DNA from: an uncultured Actinomycetes bacterium
Lineage (GTDB): Bacteria > Actinomycetota > Thermoleophilia > Gaiellales > JAICJC01
NCBI GenBank assembly: GCA_963703275.1
Contig: OY969804.1
Location: 2,963,154 to 3,027,153 of the forward strand
Direction of reading: 5' to 3'
Length of the DNA: 64,000 nt
Below are positions 36,755 to 46,689 of this stretch, piece by piece; position 1 is the first letter of the stretch, and each line of letters begins with the position of its first letter. The notes under the pieces were generated by a model. The model made no database searches and was not told where the DNA came from. It saw only the letters and a list, made by a program, of their open reading frames with translations. The translations under genes were made by a program, and so were the position numbers.

Positions 36755-38065
36755 ATGAGCGGGACGAATCTCCACCGCGTTGTCGTCGTCGGCGGCGGCT
36801 TTGGCGGGCTCCAGGCCGCGTTAAAGCTGCGGCGGGCGCCGGTCGAGGTGACGCTTGTCGATCGGCGCAACTTTCACCTGTTCCAGCCGCTTACCTACCA
36901 GGTCGCGACCGGCGCGCTGGCGCCGGGCGAGGTCGCCTACCCGCTGCGGGCGATCTTCAAGCGGAGCCATAACGTCAGCGTGCTTCTGGCCGAGGTCTGC
37001 GATTTCGATCTCGATGCGCGGAGGGTGCATCTGCGGCCGGTCGGCGGAGTCTCGGCCCCGAACTCGATCGCCTACGACACGCTCATCGTGTCCGGCGGCT
37101 CACGCTACTCCTACTTTGGCCACGACGACTGGCGCGAGCACGCCTCGGAGGTCAAGTCGCTCGAGAGCGCCCTTCACGTGCGCACCCGTCTGCTGAGCGC
37201 CTTCGAGGCCGCCGAGCAGGAGACCGATCCCGCGCTGCGGGCAGCTCAACTCACCTTTGTGGTGGTGGGCGGGGGCCCAACCGGTGTGGAGATGGCGGGG
37301 CAGATCGCGGAGCTCGCCCGCGACACTCTGCGCCGAGACTTCCGCAGCATCGACCCGCGCGCGGGTCGCATCCTGCTCGTCGAGGCGTCGGATCGGGTGC
37401 TGACAACCTTTCCGCCGACGCTCTCCCGGAAGGCGGAGCGATCCCTGCAGCGGCTCGGTGTGACCGTACTCCTAGGACGCACGGTGGTCGGTGTCGACGC
37501 CGAGGGTGTCACCGTCGATGCCGGACACGATTCCTCCGAGCGGATCCCCGCCCGAACGGTGATCTGGGCCGCCGGAGTGACCGCCTCTGACCTCGCATCG
37601 CGGCTCGCGGCACTGGCGGGGAGCAAACCCGATCGGGCCGGGCGCGTGACCGTCGAACCGGATCTCACACTTCCGGGTCACCCCGAGGTCTTTGCGCTCG
37701 GTGACATGATCCGGGTGCGTGATGCCGGCGGTGCGCTTCTGACGCTTCCCGGGGTCGCCCCGGTCGCCATGCAGCAGGGGCGCTACGCCGCGAAGGCGAT
37801 CAGCGCCCGGCTGGGCCACCGTGAACCGCCGCCTTTTCGGTATCGCGACAAGGGCAACCTGGCGACGATCGGGCGGGCCGCCGCCGTCGCGGACATCAAG
37901 GGCCTGCGGCTGAGCGGGCTGCTCGCGTGGATGACCTGGCTGGTCGTCCACCTCTGGTACCTCGTCGGCTTCCAGAATCGGATCCTCGTCCTCACCCGCT
38001 GGTTGTTCAGCTTCGTGACCCGAGGCCGGGGCTCGCGACTGATCACCGAGTCTGAGGACGACTAA
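36755..38065 (+). CDS. ndh: type II NADH dehydrogenase (NDH-2)
   Basis: VVVVGGGFGGL, NFHLFQPLTYQVATG, second fold FVVVGGGPTGVEMAG, C-terminal membrane-anchoring helices. Confidence 0.85.
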   Translation: MSGTNLHRVVVVGGGFGGLQAALKLRRAPVEVTLVDRRNFHLFQPLTYQVATGALAPGEVAYPLRAIFKRSHNVSVLLAEVCDFDLDARRVHLRPVGGVSAPNSIAYDTLIVSGGSRYSYFGHDDWREHASEVKSLESALHVRTRLLSAFEAAEQETDPALRAAQLTFVVVGGGPTGVEMAGQIAELARDTLRRDFRSIDPRAGRILLVEASDRVLTTFPPTLSRKAERSLQRLGVTVLLGRTVVGVDAEGVTVDAGHDSSERIPARTVIWAAGVTASDLASRLAALAGSKPDRAGRVTVEPDLTLPGHPEVFALGDMIRVRDAGGALLTLPGVAPVAMQQGRYAAKAISARLGHREPPPFRYRDKGNLATIGRAAAVADIKGLRLSGLLAWMTWLVVHLWYLVGFQNRILVLTRWLFSFVTRGRGSRLITESEDD

Positions 38066-39945
38066 TGCCCGAGGAACATCCCGTGGACGCCGGAGAACCC
38101 GCTCGCGGCAATCGTCGTCTGCGTTCCGGGGACGGGCACGCTGTTGGTGAAGGCGATTGACTGCAGCGCCCCGCCGGACGTGGCGTAGTAGAGGCGGCCG
38201 GCGGCCAGGGTCACGCCGCTCGTGCTGCTCCAGTCGAGTCCGTCCCCGTTGCCGGACGCGATGAACTCCTGCGCGCCCACCAGCCCATCCTCGGGCTCGA
38301 ACCAGCGCCAGTACAGGTAGGGGCTCCCCGCCTCGGTGTAGAAGATGCGGCGCACCGAGTAGAACATGCCGGTCACGTTGGCGGCGTTGAAGTATGTGGG
38401 CGAGAGGCCGTTCAGCTGCAGCGCCACGGGCGGGCCGAGGGTGGTGCCGTTGAAGCTGCGCTCGTACACGTTGCCGTCGCTCCAGGCGGTGTACAGCTCG
38501 CCGCCCAGCAGGAAGCCGCCGCGGGCCTGCGACCAGTCGACCCCTGGCGTGGAGACGACGCTCGCCGAGCCGAGGGTCGTGCCGTTGAACGACTGGCCGG
38601 TGAGCGTCGACGAGCCGATCGCATACAGCGTTCCCGGCAGGCCCTGGGCGGTGTAGCTCGGCGGTGTCTCGCCTCCGTTCAGGGGCATGAACGCGATCCG
38701 GTCGCGGTAGACCCCGTCGATGTAGGCGGTGTTGCTGCCGACATACAGGCCCTCCGCGGTGGGCAGCAGCGCCCATGCGCCGGTGCCGCGCGGATCGCGG
38801 CCGGGGTTCCAGCCGTACGGCAGTCCGTTCGTGGGATCGAGGGCGGCAATGCCGAACCGCTGCACCGCGCCGGCCGCGGCCGCGTTGCTGCCGTACGGAT
38901 TGTTCAGCCAGCGCTGGTGCCCGCCCACGTACACCGCCGCACCGGTGACGGACACGCTGGTGAGGCTGTCGCCGCCCGTGTAGTCGATCCATGTCGGCGC
39001 CAGGTTGCTCCCGGTCGCGCTCGTCTCCCAGCGCTGCGCGCTGTCGCAGAACGTGCCGGCGAACGGCCCACCCGTGTCCGCGACGACGAAGTACTTCCCA
39101 TTCGGCGCGAAGTCGACGCCGCGAAGGTACGTGTCAAACGTGGTCGAGCAGGTGCCCTTGAAGTCGTTCGTCTCCCAGTTGGCCACCTTGATGGGCGTGG
39201 TGGTCAGGTTGAGCATCGCGATCTGGTTGCGGTCGAGGCCGTTGGCCAGGGTGAACGTGCCGGTCACGACCATCCTGGTGTGGTCGGGCGAGACCGCCAT
39301 GTGCGCGACCCGGAGGGTGCCGCGACGTTTGGCCGAGAAGCTCACCTTGACGTTGGGGTCCACCGCGCCGGTGGTGGTGTTGACCGCGCCGAAACGGCCG
39401 CGGGCAACGCCGTCGATCTTCGTCTCCGACCCGCCGATGTAGAGCTCGCCGCCGACCACCACGAGCGACTCGACCCACGTCGCCTGGACGGTCGCCGAGA
39501 ACCCGGCGGTCGGCTTGCCCGTCGCGATGTTGAGCTTGGCCAGGCGCTTGATGGGGTGGCCGGCGATGCTCGAGAACGTCCCTCCCGCGAAAACCGCGGT
39601 GCCCGAGGGAGCGGTCGCGAGGCTGTAGACCGTGTTGTTCGGGTTGGGCTGGAAATGCGTGTCCACGAGCCCGGTGCTGGGGTTGAACGCGAACAGATTC
39701 GAGACGTTGTAGGTGGTGCCGCCACGGTTCGCCACCTGCGTGAACGACCCGCCCACGACGATCTCGGTGCCGACCTTGGCGACCGCAAACACGGTTCCGT
39801 TCAGGACGTTGGGCGTGTTGGTGCCCGGGATGGGACTGACGATCTGCGTCTGCTTGAGCGCCGCGCCCGCCTCGGACACGGCTCCCGTGATCACCAGCAC
39901 CAACCCCAGCACAATGCCAAGCCCAAGCGTCCGTCTCATTCTCAT
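38062..39945 (-). CDS. secreted beta-propeller repeat protein with C-terminal repeat domain
   Basis: Signal MRMRRTLGLGIVLGLVLVITGAV. Blades IVVGGSFTQVANRGG, VFAGGTFSSIAGHPIKRLA, LYIGGSETKIDGVARGRFG. Paralogue of 201-1457. Confidence 0.65.
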   Translation of the reverse strand: MRMRRTLGLGIVLGLVLVITGAVSEAGAALKQTQIVSPIPGTNTPNVLNGTVFAVAKVGTEIVVGGSFTQVANRGGTTYNVSNLFAFNPSTGLVDTHFQPNPNNTVYSLATAPSGTAVFAGGTFSSIAGHPIKRLAKLNIATGKPTAGFSATVQATWVESLVVVGGELYIGGSETKIDGVARGRFGAVNTTTGAVDPNVKVSFSAKRRGTLRVAHMAVSPDHTRMVVTGTFTLANGLDRNQIAMLNLTTTPIKVANWETNDFKGTCSTTFDTYLRGVDFAPNGKYFVVADTGGPFAGTFCDSAQRWETSATGSNLAPTWIDYTGGDSLTSVSVTGAAVYVGGHQRWLNNPYGSNAAAAGAVQRFGIAALDPTNGLPYGWNPGRDPRGTGAWALLPTAEGLYVGSNTAYIDGVYRDRIAFMPLNGGETPPSYTAQGLPGTLYAIGSSTLTGQSFNGTTLGSASVVSTPGVDWSQARGGFLLGGELYTAWSDGNVYERSFNGTTLGPPVALQLNGLSPTYFNAANVTGMFYSVRRIFYTEAGSPYLYWRWFEPEDGLVGAQEFIASGNGDGLDWSSTSGVTLAAGRLYYATSGGALQSIAFTNSVPVPGTQTTIAASGFSGVHGMFLGH

Positions 39946-40059
39946 CCCCTACTCCAGGCGTCCATTCTGGAACTCTTCGGCGACCCGAGCAAATCGCCCG
40001 CGTGCCCACAATGACCATACGACCGGTCCGGCTCCGTGCCTAGACGCCACGATGCACGA

Positions 40060-40929
40060 TCAGCTCTGAAGTGCGCTTCGGGCCGCGTCGTCGAACGGCG
40101 TGAGTTCGAACGGGAGCAGCGTTCGCAGCCGCACCTCGCGCGCAACGGTAGGGCTGCGAAGGCCCTCGACCAGCGGACGCGCGACCGCCGCGTTGACCGG
40201 TGTGACGAGTTCGAGCCAAAGCGCCGACAGCGCCGGCGTGAGCACGGGTACCTCGACGATGCGGGGGTGTCGGCCGAGCAGGGCCGCGATTCGTTCGATC
40301 ATCTGCCTGTAGGTCATCACCTCCGGCCCGCCGACGTCGAACGTCTCGCCGATCGCGGCATCGTTGCCGCACACCCCCGCCAGGTAGCGAGCGATGTCCT
40401 GGAGTGCAATTGGCTGGGTCGGAGTCGAGACCCAGCTCGGCGTAATCATCACCGGCAGCTTCTTCACGAGGCCGAGGATCGTCTCGAACGCGGCACTGCC
40501 CTTGCCGACGACCATCGCCGCACGCAGTGTCGTCACGGGCACCCCGTCCGCCGCGAGGTGCTCACCCGTCTCGCGGCGGCTCCGCAGGTGAGGGGAAGCA
40601 TCGGGTTCGTCTCCGCCAAGTCCCCCCAGATACACGATCTGCTTCACCCCCGCCCGAGCCGCCTCTCGCGAGACGTTCCGCGCCGCCTGCCGGTCCTGGT
40701 CTTCGAAGTCGCGCGCACCAAGAGAATGGACGAGGTAGTAGCCGACATCCGCGTCCTCGAGCGCCTCGGCCACTCCGACACCGGAGGTGGTGTCGGCCAC
40801 GACCCAACGGATGCCCGAAACGGCGTCGCGAGGCCGGCGCGAGACGGCGACGACCGCGTGATCGTCGGCCAGCAGCGGCAGGAGCGCCCGGCCGATCACC
40901 CCTGTCGCTCCGAACACCGTCACCCTCAC
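40060..40929 (-). CDS. NAD(P)H-binding NmrA/atypical-SDR family protein
   Basis: GTG start gives VRVTVFGATGVIGRALL (Rossmann fold). GTGA overlap with the upstream gene. Confidence 0.75.
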   Translation of the reverse strand: MRVTVFGATGVIGRALLPLLADDHAVVAVSRRPRDAVSGIRWVVADTTSGVGVAEALEDADVGYYLVHSLGARDFEDQDRQAARNVSREAARAGVKQIVYLGGLGGDEPDASPHLRSRRETGEHLAADGVPVTTLRAAMVVGKGSAAFETILGLVKKLPVMITPSWVSTPTQPIALQDIARYLAGVCGNDAAIGETFDVGGPEVMTYRQMIERIAALLGRHPRIVEVPVLTPALSALWLELVTPVNAAVARPLVEGLRSPTVAREVRLRTLLPFELTPFDDAARSALQS

Positions 40930-41450
40930 GCTGTGCCTTCCCGAACGAGCAGCTCGAAGTATCGCCGGCTCACCCAAACATGGAACGGGCTCTGTCCCTT
41001 CGTGTACAGCGCGCCCGTCCACCTCGGTGCGCGGGAGCGCGTGGCCAGCCGCGGCCGGTACGCCTCCACAGTGACGCTGAGCTCGTGTCCGTCACCGATG
41101 CGGCGTTGGGCAAGCGTGACCGACCCGCCGGCCCGCACGGCGAGGAAACCGCCCTCGATCGCGTAGCCGCACGAGACGAGGTCGTCGGCGTGCCGCAACT
41201 CGGGAGGGCCGAACCGGAGCAGCGTTGGGCCACCCAGCAGACGCAGTCGGCCGCCCCGGTCACTCCAGCCCGCGCGGACTCCGCCCCGGGTGAGACCGCG
41301 CACGGCCCGCCAGTATGTCGATCCAAGCCTGCGAGCGCCTCCTTCGGATGCCGGGACGGCTGGCTCCGACACGAGCACCCGCTGGCGTGACTCGAATCCA
41401 CCGGACTCGAGCATCCGCTCGGTCGCTTCCCAGCCGCGAAGATCGCTCAC
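40926..41450 (-). CDS. hypothetical protein, translationally coupled to the NAD(P)-binding protein
   Basis: 174-aa ORF with coding-like composition. Its stop overlaps the downstream GTG. No motif recognised. Confidence 0.45.
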   Translation of the reverse strand: MSDLRGWEATERMLESGGFESRQRVLVSEPAVPASEGGARRLGSTYWRAVRGLTRGGVRAGWSDRGGRLRLLGGPTLLRFGPPELRHADDLVSCGYAIEGGFLAVRAGGSVTLAQRRIGDGHELSVTVEAYRPRLATRSRAPRWTGALYTKGQSPFHVWVSRRYFELLVREGTA

Positions 41451-41639
41451 CGCCAGACAAGATACTGCTCAATCAGGTCTCGGTCGCATCGGGGGTGACC
41501 GGCAGCACCTACGCCGTGGACGACCAGACGCGTGTGTACCGGTATCGCGCGGCGGCAACGCCCCAGGCACCGCCGGCACGCTCGCCGTCGGCCCCGCGTC
41601 CGGAACGACCTACAGGAACTGCACCAAGCACAGCTGAGC

Positions 41640-43103
41640 TCAGTGAGCCGGCTCGGTCTCGCCCTCGGTCAGTGCGTACTCCGGGGCATCCCCGCGCGGA
41701 ATGAAGCCGAGCGAGAGCGCAAAGCCGATGCCAGAGATCAGCGCACCGACCAGGAACGCGACCGAGAAGCCGTGCACGGAGGACTGCAGGCCCAGCAGGG
41801 CGGCGTTCGCCGAGCCGATGTGATCCTTGGCGTAGTCGGCGGCCTCGGTGAACGCGACGGTCGAGAGGATCGCGGTGCCGAGCGCTCCGCCGATCTGCTG
41901 CGAGGTGTTCAGAATGCCCGAGGCGATACCGGCCTCGTCGGGCTCGACCCCGACGAGGGCGGCGATGGACACGGGCACGAACGAGAAGCCGAGCCCGATG
42001 CCGGTCAGGATGAATCCCGGCGTGAGGTCGACGAGGTAGGAGCCTCCGACCGAGATCCGGCTGAAGTACAGGAGGCCGATGGCCGTGAGCGCCATCCCGG
42101 TCGCAAGCACGGTGCGCACGCCGATCCTGGTGACGATCGCCTGGGAGGCGCCCGCGGAGACCACGATCACGCTCGAGACGAGGAGGTAGCCGATCCCGGT
42201 CTTGAGCGGCGAGTACCCGAGCACCTGCTGCATGTAGAGCGTCAGCAGGAAGAACATCGAGAAGATCGACGCACCCAGCATGAGGGCGACGCCGTTTGCG
42301 GCCGAAAGCGAGCGGTTCCGGAAGATGTGCAGCGGCATGAGCGGAGCCGCCACCCGCCGTTCGGTTGCCAGGAAGCCCGCCAGGAGCAGAAACGCCGCCA
42401 CGAACAGCGCGATCGTGCGCGGGGCCGACCACGAGTGGTCGACGGTCTGCACCAGCGCGTAGACGAGCAGCGACATGCCGGCGGTCGCCGTGATCGCGCC
42501 CACCAGGTCGAACGAGCGGGTCCCGCCCTCGACGCGGCTCTCACGCAGGTACCTGGGGCCGGCGGCGATCACCGCGAGTCCCACGGGCACATTGATGAAG
42601 AAGATCCACGACCAGCTCAGCTCCTGGGTGAGGACGCCGCCGAGAAGCACGCCGGCCGCGCCACCCGTACCGGCGATTGCGCCCCAGATTCCGAGGGCCT
42701 TGTTCCGCTCCGGGCCCTCCTCGAACGTGGTCACGAGGATCGAGAGCGCCGCCGGCGAGACCATCGCTGCGCCAATGCCCTGGATCGACCGCGCTGCGAT
42801 CAGAGTGGCCTCGGAATTGGCGAAGCCACAGGCGAAGGACGCCAGCGAGAACAGCAGGAGGCCGGCGATGAAGATGCGCCTCCGGCCGAGCAGGTCAGCC
42901 GTCCGGCCACCGAGCAGCAGGAGCCCGCCGAACGTGAGAGTGTACGCGTTGATCACCCATGAAAGGTTGGTCTCGCTGAAGTCCAGAGCGGTCTTGATCG
43001 ACGGCAGCGCGACATTGACGATCGCGATGTCCAGCACCACCATGAACTGGACGATGCACAGCAAAAACAGCGCCATGCCCTTGTGCTCGTTGGTGCTCGG
43101 CAT
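41640..43103 (-). CDS. MFS transporter, DHA2 (EmrB/QacA-like)
   Basis: FMVVLDIAIVNVALPSI, GRTADLLGRRRIF, about 14 TMS. Confidence 0.85.
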   Translation of the reverse strand: MPSTNEHKGMALFLLCIVQFMVVLDIAIVNVALPSIKTALDFSETNLSWVINAYTLTFGGLLLLGGRTADLLGRRRIFIAGLLLFSLASFACGFANSEATLIAARSIQGIGAAMVSPAALSILVTTFEEGPERNKALGIWGAIAGTGGAAGVLLGGVLTQELSWSWIFFINVPVGLAVIAAGPRYLRESRVEGGTRSFDLVGAITATAGMSLLVYALVQTVDHSWSAPRTIALFVAAFLLLAGFLATERRVAAPLMPLHIFRNRSLSAANGVALMLGASIFSMFFLLTLYMQQVLGYSPLKTGIGYLLVSSVIVVSAGASQAIVTRIGVRTVLATGMALTAIGLLYFSRISVGGSYLVDLTPGFILTGIGLGFSFVPVSIAALVGVEPDEAGIASGILNTSQQIGGALGTAILSTVAFTEAADYAKDHIGSANAALLGLQSSVHGFSVAFLVGALISGIGFALSLGFIPRGDAPEYALTEGETEPAH

Positions 43104-43132
43104 CTCGAATTCCCCTCGCCGCGATTTTCAAT

Positions 43133-43152
43133 ACGATACTGTGGTGTATCAT
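43133..43152. promoter_or_regulatory. inverted repeat, candidate TetR operator
   Basis: ACGATAC-tgtggt-GTATCAT. The core GATAC/GTATC is perfect. Lies in the 57-bp divergent gap between the MFS and TetR genes. Confidence 0.35.
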
Positions 43153-43160
43153 TACTCCTG

Positions 43161-43748
43161 ATGGATGTCAAACCGAAACCGCGGCCGCGGGGCAGACCCC
43201 GGAATCCTGACGCCGACGAGCTGATCGTGGCCGCCACGCTGCGCCTGCTGGCCGAGCACGGCTACGACCGCTGCTCGATCGAGGCGGTGGCCGACGAGGC
43301 GGGTGTCACCCGCGCCACCGTCTATCGCCGCTACCCCACCAAGGCCGACCTCGTGACGCTGGCGGTGTGTGGGATGGAACAGCTGCCCGACCCGTCGGAG
43401 ATGCCCGACACGCGGGCGTGCCTGACGTGGCTCGTCAATCAGTTTCGCGATGGGATCGGCCGCGCCGACGGTGTGTCGATCGTCTCGTCGCTGTACGTCC
43501 AGCGGGGTGAGCACCCGGAGATGCTCGCCCGGTTCCGCGACCAGGTGATGCGGCCCGGCCGCGAGAAGTTCCTGGCGACGCTGCGGGCCGGCGTCGAGCG
43601 CGGGCAGGTGCGGCCCACGGCCGACCTCGAGCTGGCCGTCGACCAGCTGATCGGCGCATACCTGACGCGCACCTTCGCCGGGGCCGAGTTCGACGCGGAT
43701 TGGGCGGACCGGCTCGTCGACCAGGTGTGGCCGGGCCTGCAGGCATGA
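43161..43748 (+). CDS. TetR family transcriptional regulator
   Basis: HTH region SIEAVADEAGVTRATVYRRYPTK. Divergent from the MFS gene. Confidence 0.85.
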   Translation: MDVKPKPRPRGRPRNPDADELIVAATLRLLAEHGYDRCSIEAVADEAGVTRATVYRRYPTKADLVTLAVCGMEQLPDPSEMPDTRACLTWLVNQFRDGIGRADGVSIVSSLYVQRGEHPEMLARFRDQVMRPGREKFLATLRAGVERGQVRPTADLELAVDQLIGAYLTRTFAGAEFDADWADRLVDQVWPGLQA

Positions 43749-43760
43749 CGCGAGGTAGCG

Positions 43761-44498
43761 TCAGCCGGTACGCCGGCGTAGCGTAACTGCTCCGAGCGCG
43801 AGCGACGCCATTGTCGCGCCAACGACGACAACCACGTCGAGCGCAAACCGCGAGTTCAGGCCGGCGGGGACAGTGGCGCGCGCCAGCGCGTCGTAGGCGT
43901 AGGTCAGCGGAAGCGCCCACGACACCCAGTAGAGAAGCGCCGCCATCTCGCGGCGCTCGATGAAGAGACCGCACAGGAGCAGCTGCGGGAAGATGAACGC
44001 GGGCATGAACTGCACGGCCTGGAACTCGGTGCGGGCAAACGCGCTCACGAACAGGCCGAGCGCCATCCCCAGAAGCGCGTTTCCGATCGCCAGCAGCCCG
44101 ACGAGCCAGGCGCCGTGGGCGGCGCTCAGGCCGAGCGCCACGAACCCGACGACACACACGATGGTCGCCTGCAGCGCCGCCAGCAGCCCGAATGCAATGG
44201 CGTATCCGGCCAGCAGGTCGAGCTTTGCCATCGGCAGTGTCATCAGCCGCTCGAGTGTGCCGGTGGTACGTTCGCGCAGCATCGCGATCGACGTGATCAG
44301 AAACATGATGATGAACGGGAAGAGGCCGCACATCGGAGCACCGATCGACTGAAACGTCTCTGGCTCTCCCTCGAACACGTACTTCAGCAGCGTCAGAAGC
44401 ACCACCGGCACCACCAGCAGGAGCGCGATCGTGCGCGGGTCGCGGCGAATCTGCCACAGCACGCGCCGCGCGATTGCGAATGTCACACGCGGGCTCAC
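43761..44498 (-). CDS. ABC-2 type exporter permease
   Basis: GTG start VSPRVTFAIARRVLWQIRRDPRTIALL with 6 TMS. GTGA overlap with the ATPase stop. Confidence 0.8.
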   Translation of the reverse strand: MSPRVTFAIARRVLWQIRRDPRTIALLLVVPVVLLTLLKYVFEGEPETFQSIGAPMCGLFPFIIMFLITSIAMLRERTTGTLERLMTLPMAKLDLLAGYAIAFGLLAALQATIVCVVGFVALGLSAAHGAWLVGLLAIGNALLGMALGLFVSAFARTEFQAVQFMPAFIFPQLLLCGLFIERREMAALLYWVSWALPLTYAYDALARATVPAGLNSRFALDVVVVVGATMASLALGAVTLRRRTG

Positions 44499-45223
44499 GC
44501 GGACTCCCGTTCGATCACGGCCAGGAACGCGCGGCTCAGGTCTTGCTCGCCGGTCTCGGTGCGCAGTCGCTGCGGCGTGGTCTCGCGCAGCAGCGCGCCG
44601 TCGCGCATCAGGAGCAACGCCTCGCACTCGGCCGCCTCGTCCATCACGTGGCTCGAGATCAGAAGGGTGGTGCCGTCGTTCGCCAGGCGCTGAAAGGTCT
44701 GCCACAGCTCCCCTCGCAGGACCGGGTCGAGACCGACGGTCGGCTCGTCCAGCACCAGCACGTCGGGCTCGGCGAGAAGCGCGGTTGCAAGCGACACCCG
44801 CGAGCGCTGTCCCCCGGAGAGCGAGTCCGTCACCCGGCGCTCGAACCCCTCGAGGCCGACCGTCTCGATCACCGCGCCGATCCGCGTGCGGTCGGCGCCC
44901 ACGACCGCAGCGAAGAAGCGCAGGTTCTCCTCGACGCTGAGGTCGCCGTACACCGAGGGCGCCTGGGTGACATACCCGACCCGGCGACGGAGAGCGGGCG
45001 AGCCGGCCGGCTCGCCCAGCACCGTGACCGACCCTGAGGCGACGATCTGCACGCCGACGATCGATCGCATCAGGGTGGATTTGCCGCATCCGCTGGGGCC
45101 GAGGAGACCCGTGACCGATCCGGCCGCGATCTCCAGCGTGACCGCCGTCAGCACCGGCCGGCCGCCGCGGACGACCGTGAGGTCGGAGATGGCGATCGCC
45201 GGGGGCGGGTGGTTCTCGTTCAC
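44495..45223 (-). CDS. ABC transporter ATP-binding protein (DrrA-like)
   Basis: Walker A GPSGCGKST, signature LSGGQRSRV, Walker B VLVLDEP. Confidence 0.9.
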   Translation of the reverse strand: MNENHPPPAIAISDLTVVRGGRPVLTAVTLEIAAGSVTGLLGPSGCGKSTLMRSIVGVQIVASGSVTVLGEPAGSPALRRRVGYVTQAPSVYGDLSVEENLRFFAAVVGADRTRIGAVIETVGLEGFERRVTDSLSGGQRSRVSLATALLAEPDVLVLDEPTVGLDPVLRGELWQTFQRLANDGTTLLISSHVMDEAAECEALLLMRDGALLRETTPQRLRTETGEQDLSRAFLAVIERESA

Positions 45224-45357
45224 CGCTCCATCCTATGGCGACGGTCACTCCCCGCCCGGGTGATTGCCACCCGGCCGCCTCGTTGCAATCGTGAGAACTG
45301 TCAGCGCATCGCCGGGGGGTCCGGCACCGCGCCCAAACATTCCAGGGAGGCCGTCAG

Positions 45358-46668
45358 GTGGCGCCTATCCCCGTCGAGTACCCAGAGCGACCCGTTGCGT
45401 CCGCCGTTCGCGGACAGGCGCTGCCGCTCGTATGCGTGTTCATGTTCACGATTTTGATCTTCGCCGGCCTCGTCATCGACCTGGGCAACGCCTACCGCGT
45501 GCAGCAGGCGCTGCAGGCCTCCGCCGACGCCTCCGCTGCGGCCGGAGCCGGTCAGCTGACGCTGACGTATCCGCCGGTCGCGGCCACGGCCACCACCGAG
45601 GCGCAGCGGTACGGGTCGCAGTCCGGCGGCCAGAACCCGATCACGGGTGTGCCAACGGCGAACGTCACCCAGAACGTCAGCGTCACGTGCGCCCCTCAGG
45701 CCGGCTACAACTGCACCACGGGGTATCCCAACACCGTCACGGTGAACGAGACGGCCAGCGTGCCCACGTACCTGCTGAAGCTGCTCGGCTTCAACACGAT
45801 CACGCTGAACGCCCATGCCCAGGCCTGCTCGCCGTGCGGCGGCGTGCCACTGGATGTGATGATCGTCCTCGACCGCACGGGATCGATGTCCGATAACAAC
45901 AAGCTCACGCAGGCGAAGGCTGGGATCACCGCGTTCATGAATACGATGGATCCCACCCTCGACGACGTCGGCCTGGCCGTTCTGCCGCCGGCACCGAGCG
46001 TCAGCCAGGCATGCACCGACGTCACCTCGTACTTCAACACGTTCAACGCGCAGGGTCAGTACAACGGCAGCGGAGGTACCTACAGCCTCACCAACGCCGC
46101 ATACACACTTGTGCCCCTTTCGAATACCTATGCCTCGAGCATCGGCAACCTGATCAGCAGCTCGCCGCTCATGTCGACGGTCAATTGCGTCCAGGCCGGC
46201 GGCGGGACGGCCTACGCCGAGGCCATCGACGCCGCCTACGCCGAGCTGCAGAAGGATGGCCGCCCCGGAACGCAGAAGGTGATCGTCATCCTGTCCGACG
46301 GCGCGGCCAACGACGCCCCGACCTTCCTGGCGAGCACGTCGCCCTATCGCACCAATCCATGCGGGCAGGGTGTCACCAGCGCGGGCATCGCCAAGGCGGC
46401 CAAGGTGCTCGTCTACTCGATCGCCTACACCGCCGACGGCGACAACTGCTACGCCGCGGTCGGTGCGAGCATCGCCGGCAAGACCGTCAAGACCTACGAC
46501 GGCACCCTCGAATCACCGTCGATCGGAGCCCAGCAGGCGCTGCAGAACATGGCCAGCACGGGCAGCGGCACGTATTTCTACGACCTGCCCAATCCGACGT
46601 CGCTCACGGGCATCTTCCAGCAGATCGCAGCCGACATCACCGGCGGCTCGGCCCGCATCGTCCAGTGA
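45358..46668 (+). CDS. TadE/TadG-like N-terminal domain plus von Willebrand factor A domain protein
   Basis: N-terminal TM and AYRVQQALQASADASAAAGA (Tad-like). VWA MIDAS DRTGSMS ... GGTAYAEAI ... ILSDGAAND. Confidence 0.75.
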   Translation: MAPIPVEYPERPVASAVRGQALPLVCVFMFTILIFAGLVIDLGNAYRVQQALQASADASAAAGAGQLTLTYPPVAATATTEAQRYGSQSGGQNPITGVPTANVTQNVSVTCAPQAGYNCTTGYPNTVTVNETASVPTYLLKLLGFNTITLNAHAQACSPCGGVPLDVMIVLDRTGSMSDNNKLTQAKAGITAFMNTMDPTLDDVGLAVLPPAPSVSQACTDVTSYFNTFNAQGQYNGSGGTYSLTNAAYTLVPLSNTYASSIGNLISSSPLMSTVNCVQAGGGTAYAEAIDAAYAELQKDGRPGTQKVIVILSDGAANDAPTFLASTSPYRTNPCGQGVTSAGIAKAAKVLVYSIAYTADGDNCYAAVGASIAGKTVKTYDGTLESPSIGAQQALQNMASTGSGTYFYDLPNPTSLTGIFQQIAADITGGSARIVQ

Positions 46669-46689
46669 TGGAACCGCACACCCAACCCG

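Noticed and set aside
43761-45248. Single 495-aa ORF spanning both ABC transporter genes.
   Set aside because: Only the C-terminal 245 codons (the permease) are protein-like. The N-terminal part is an out-of-frame reading of the ATPase gene, which has its own ORF at 44495-45223 with Walker motifs.
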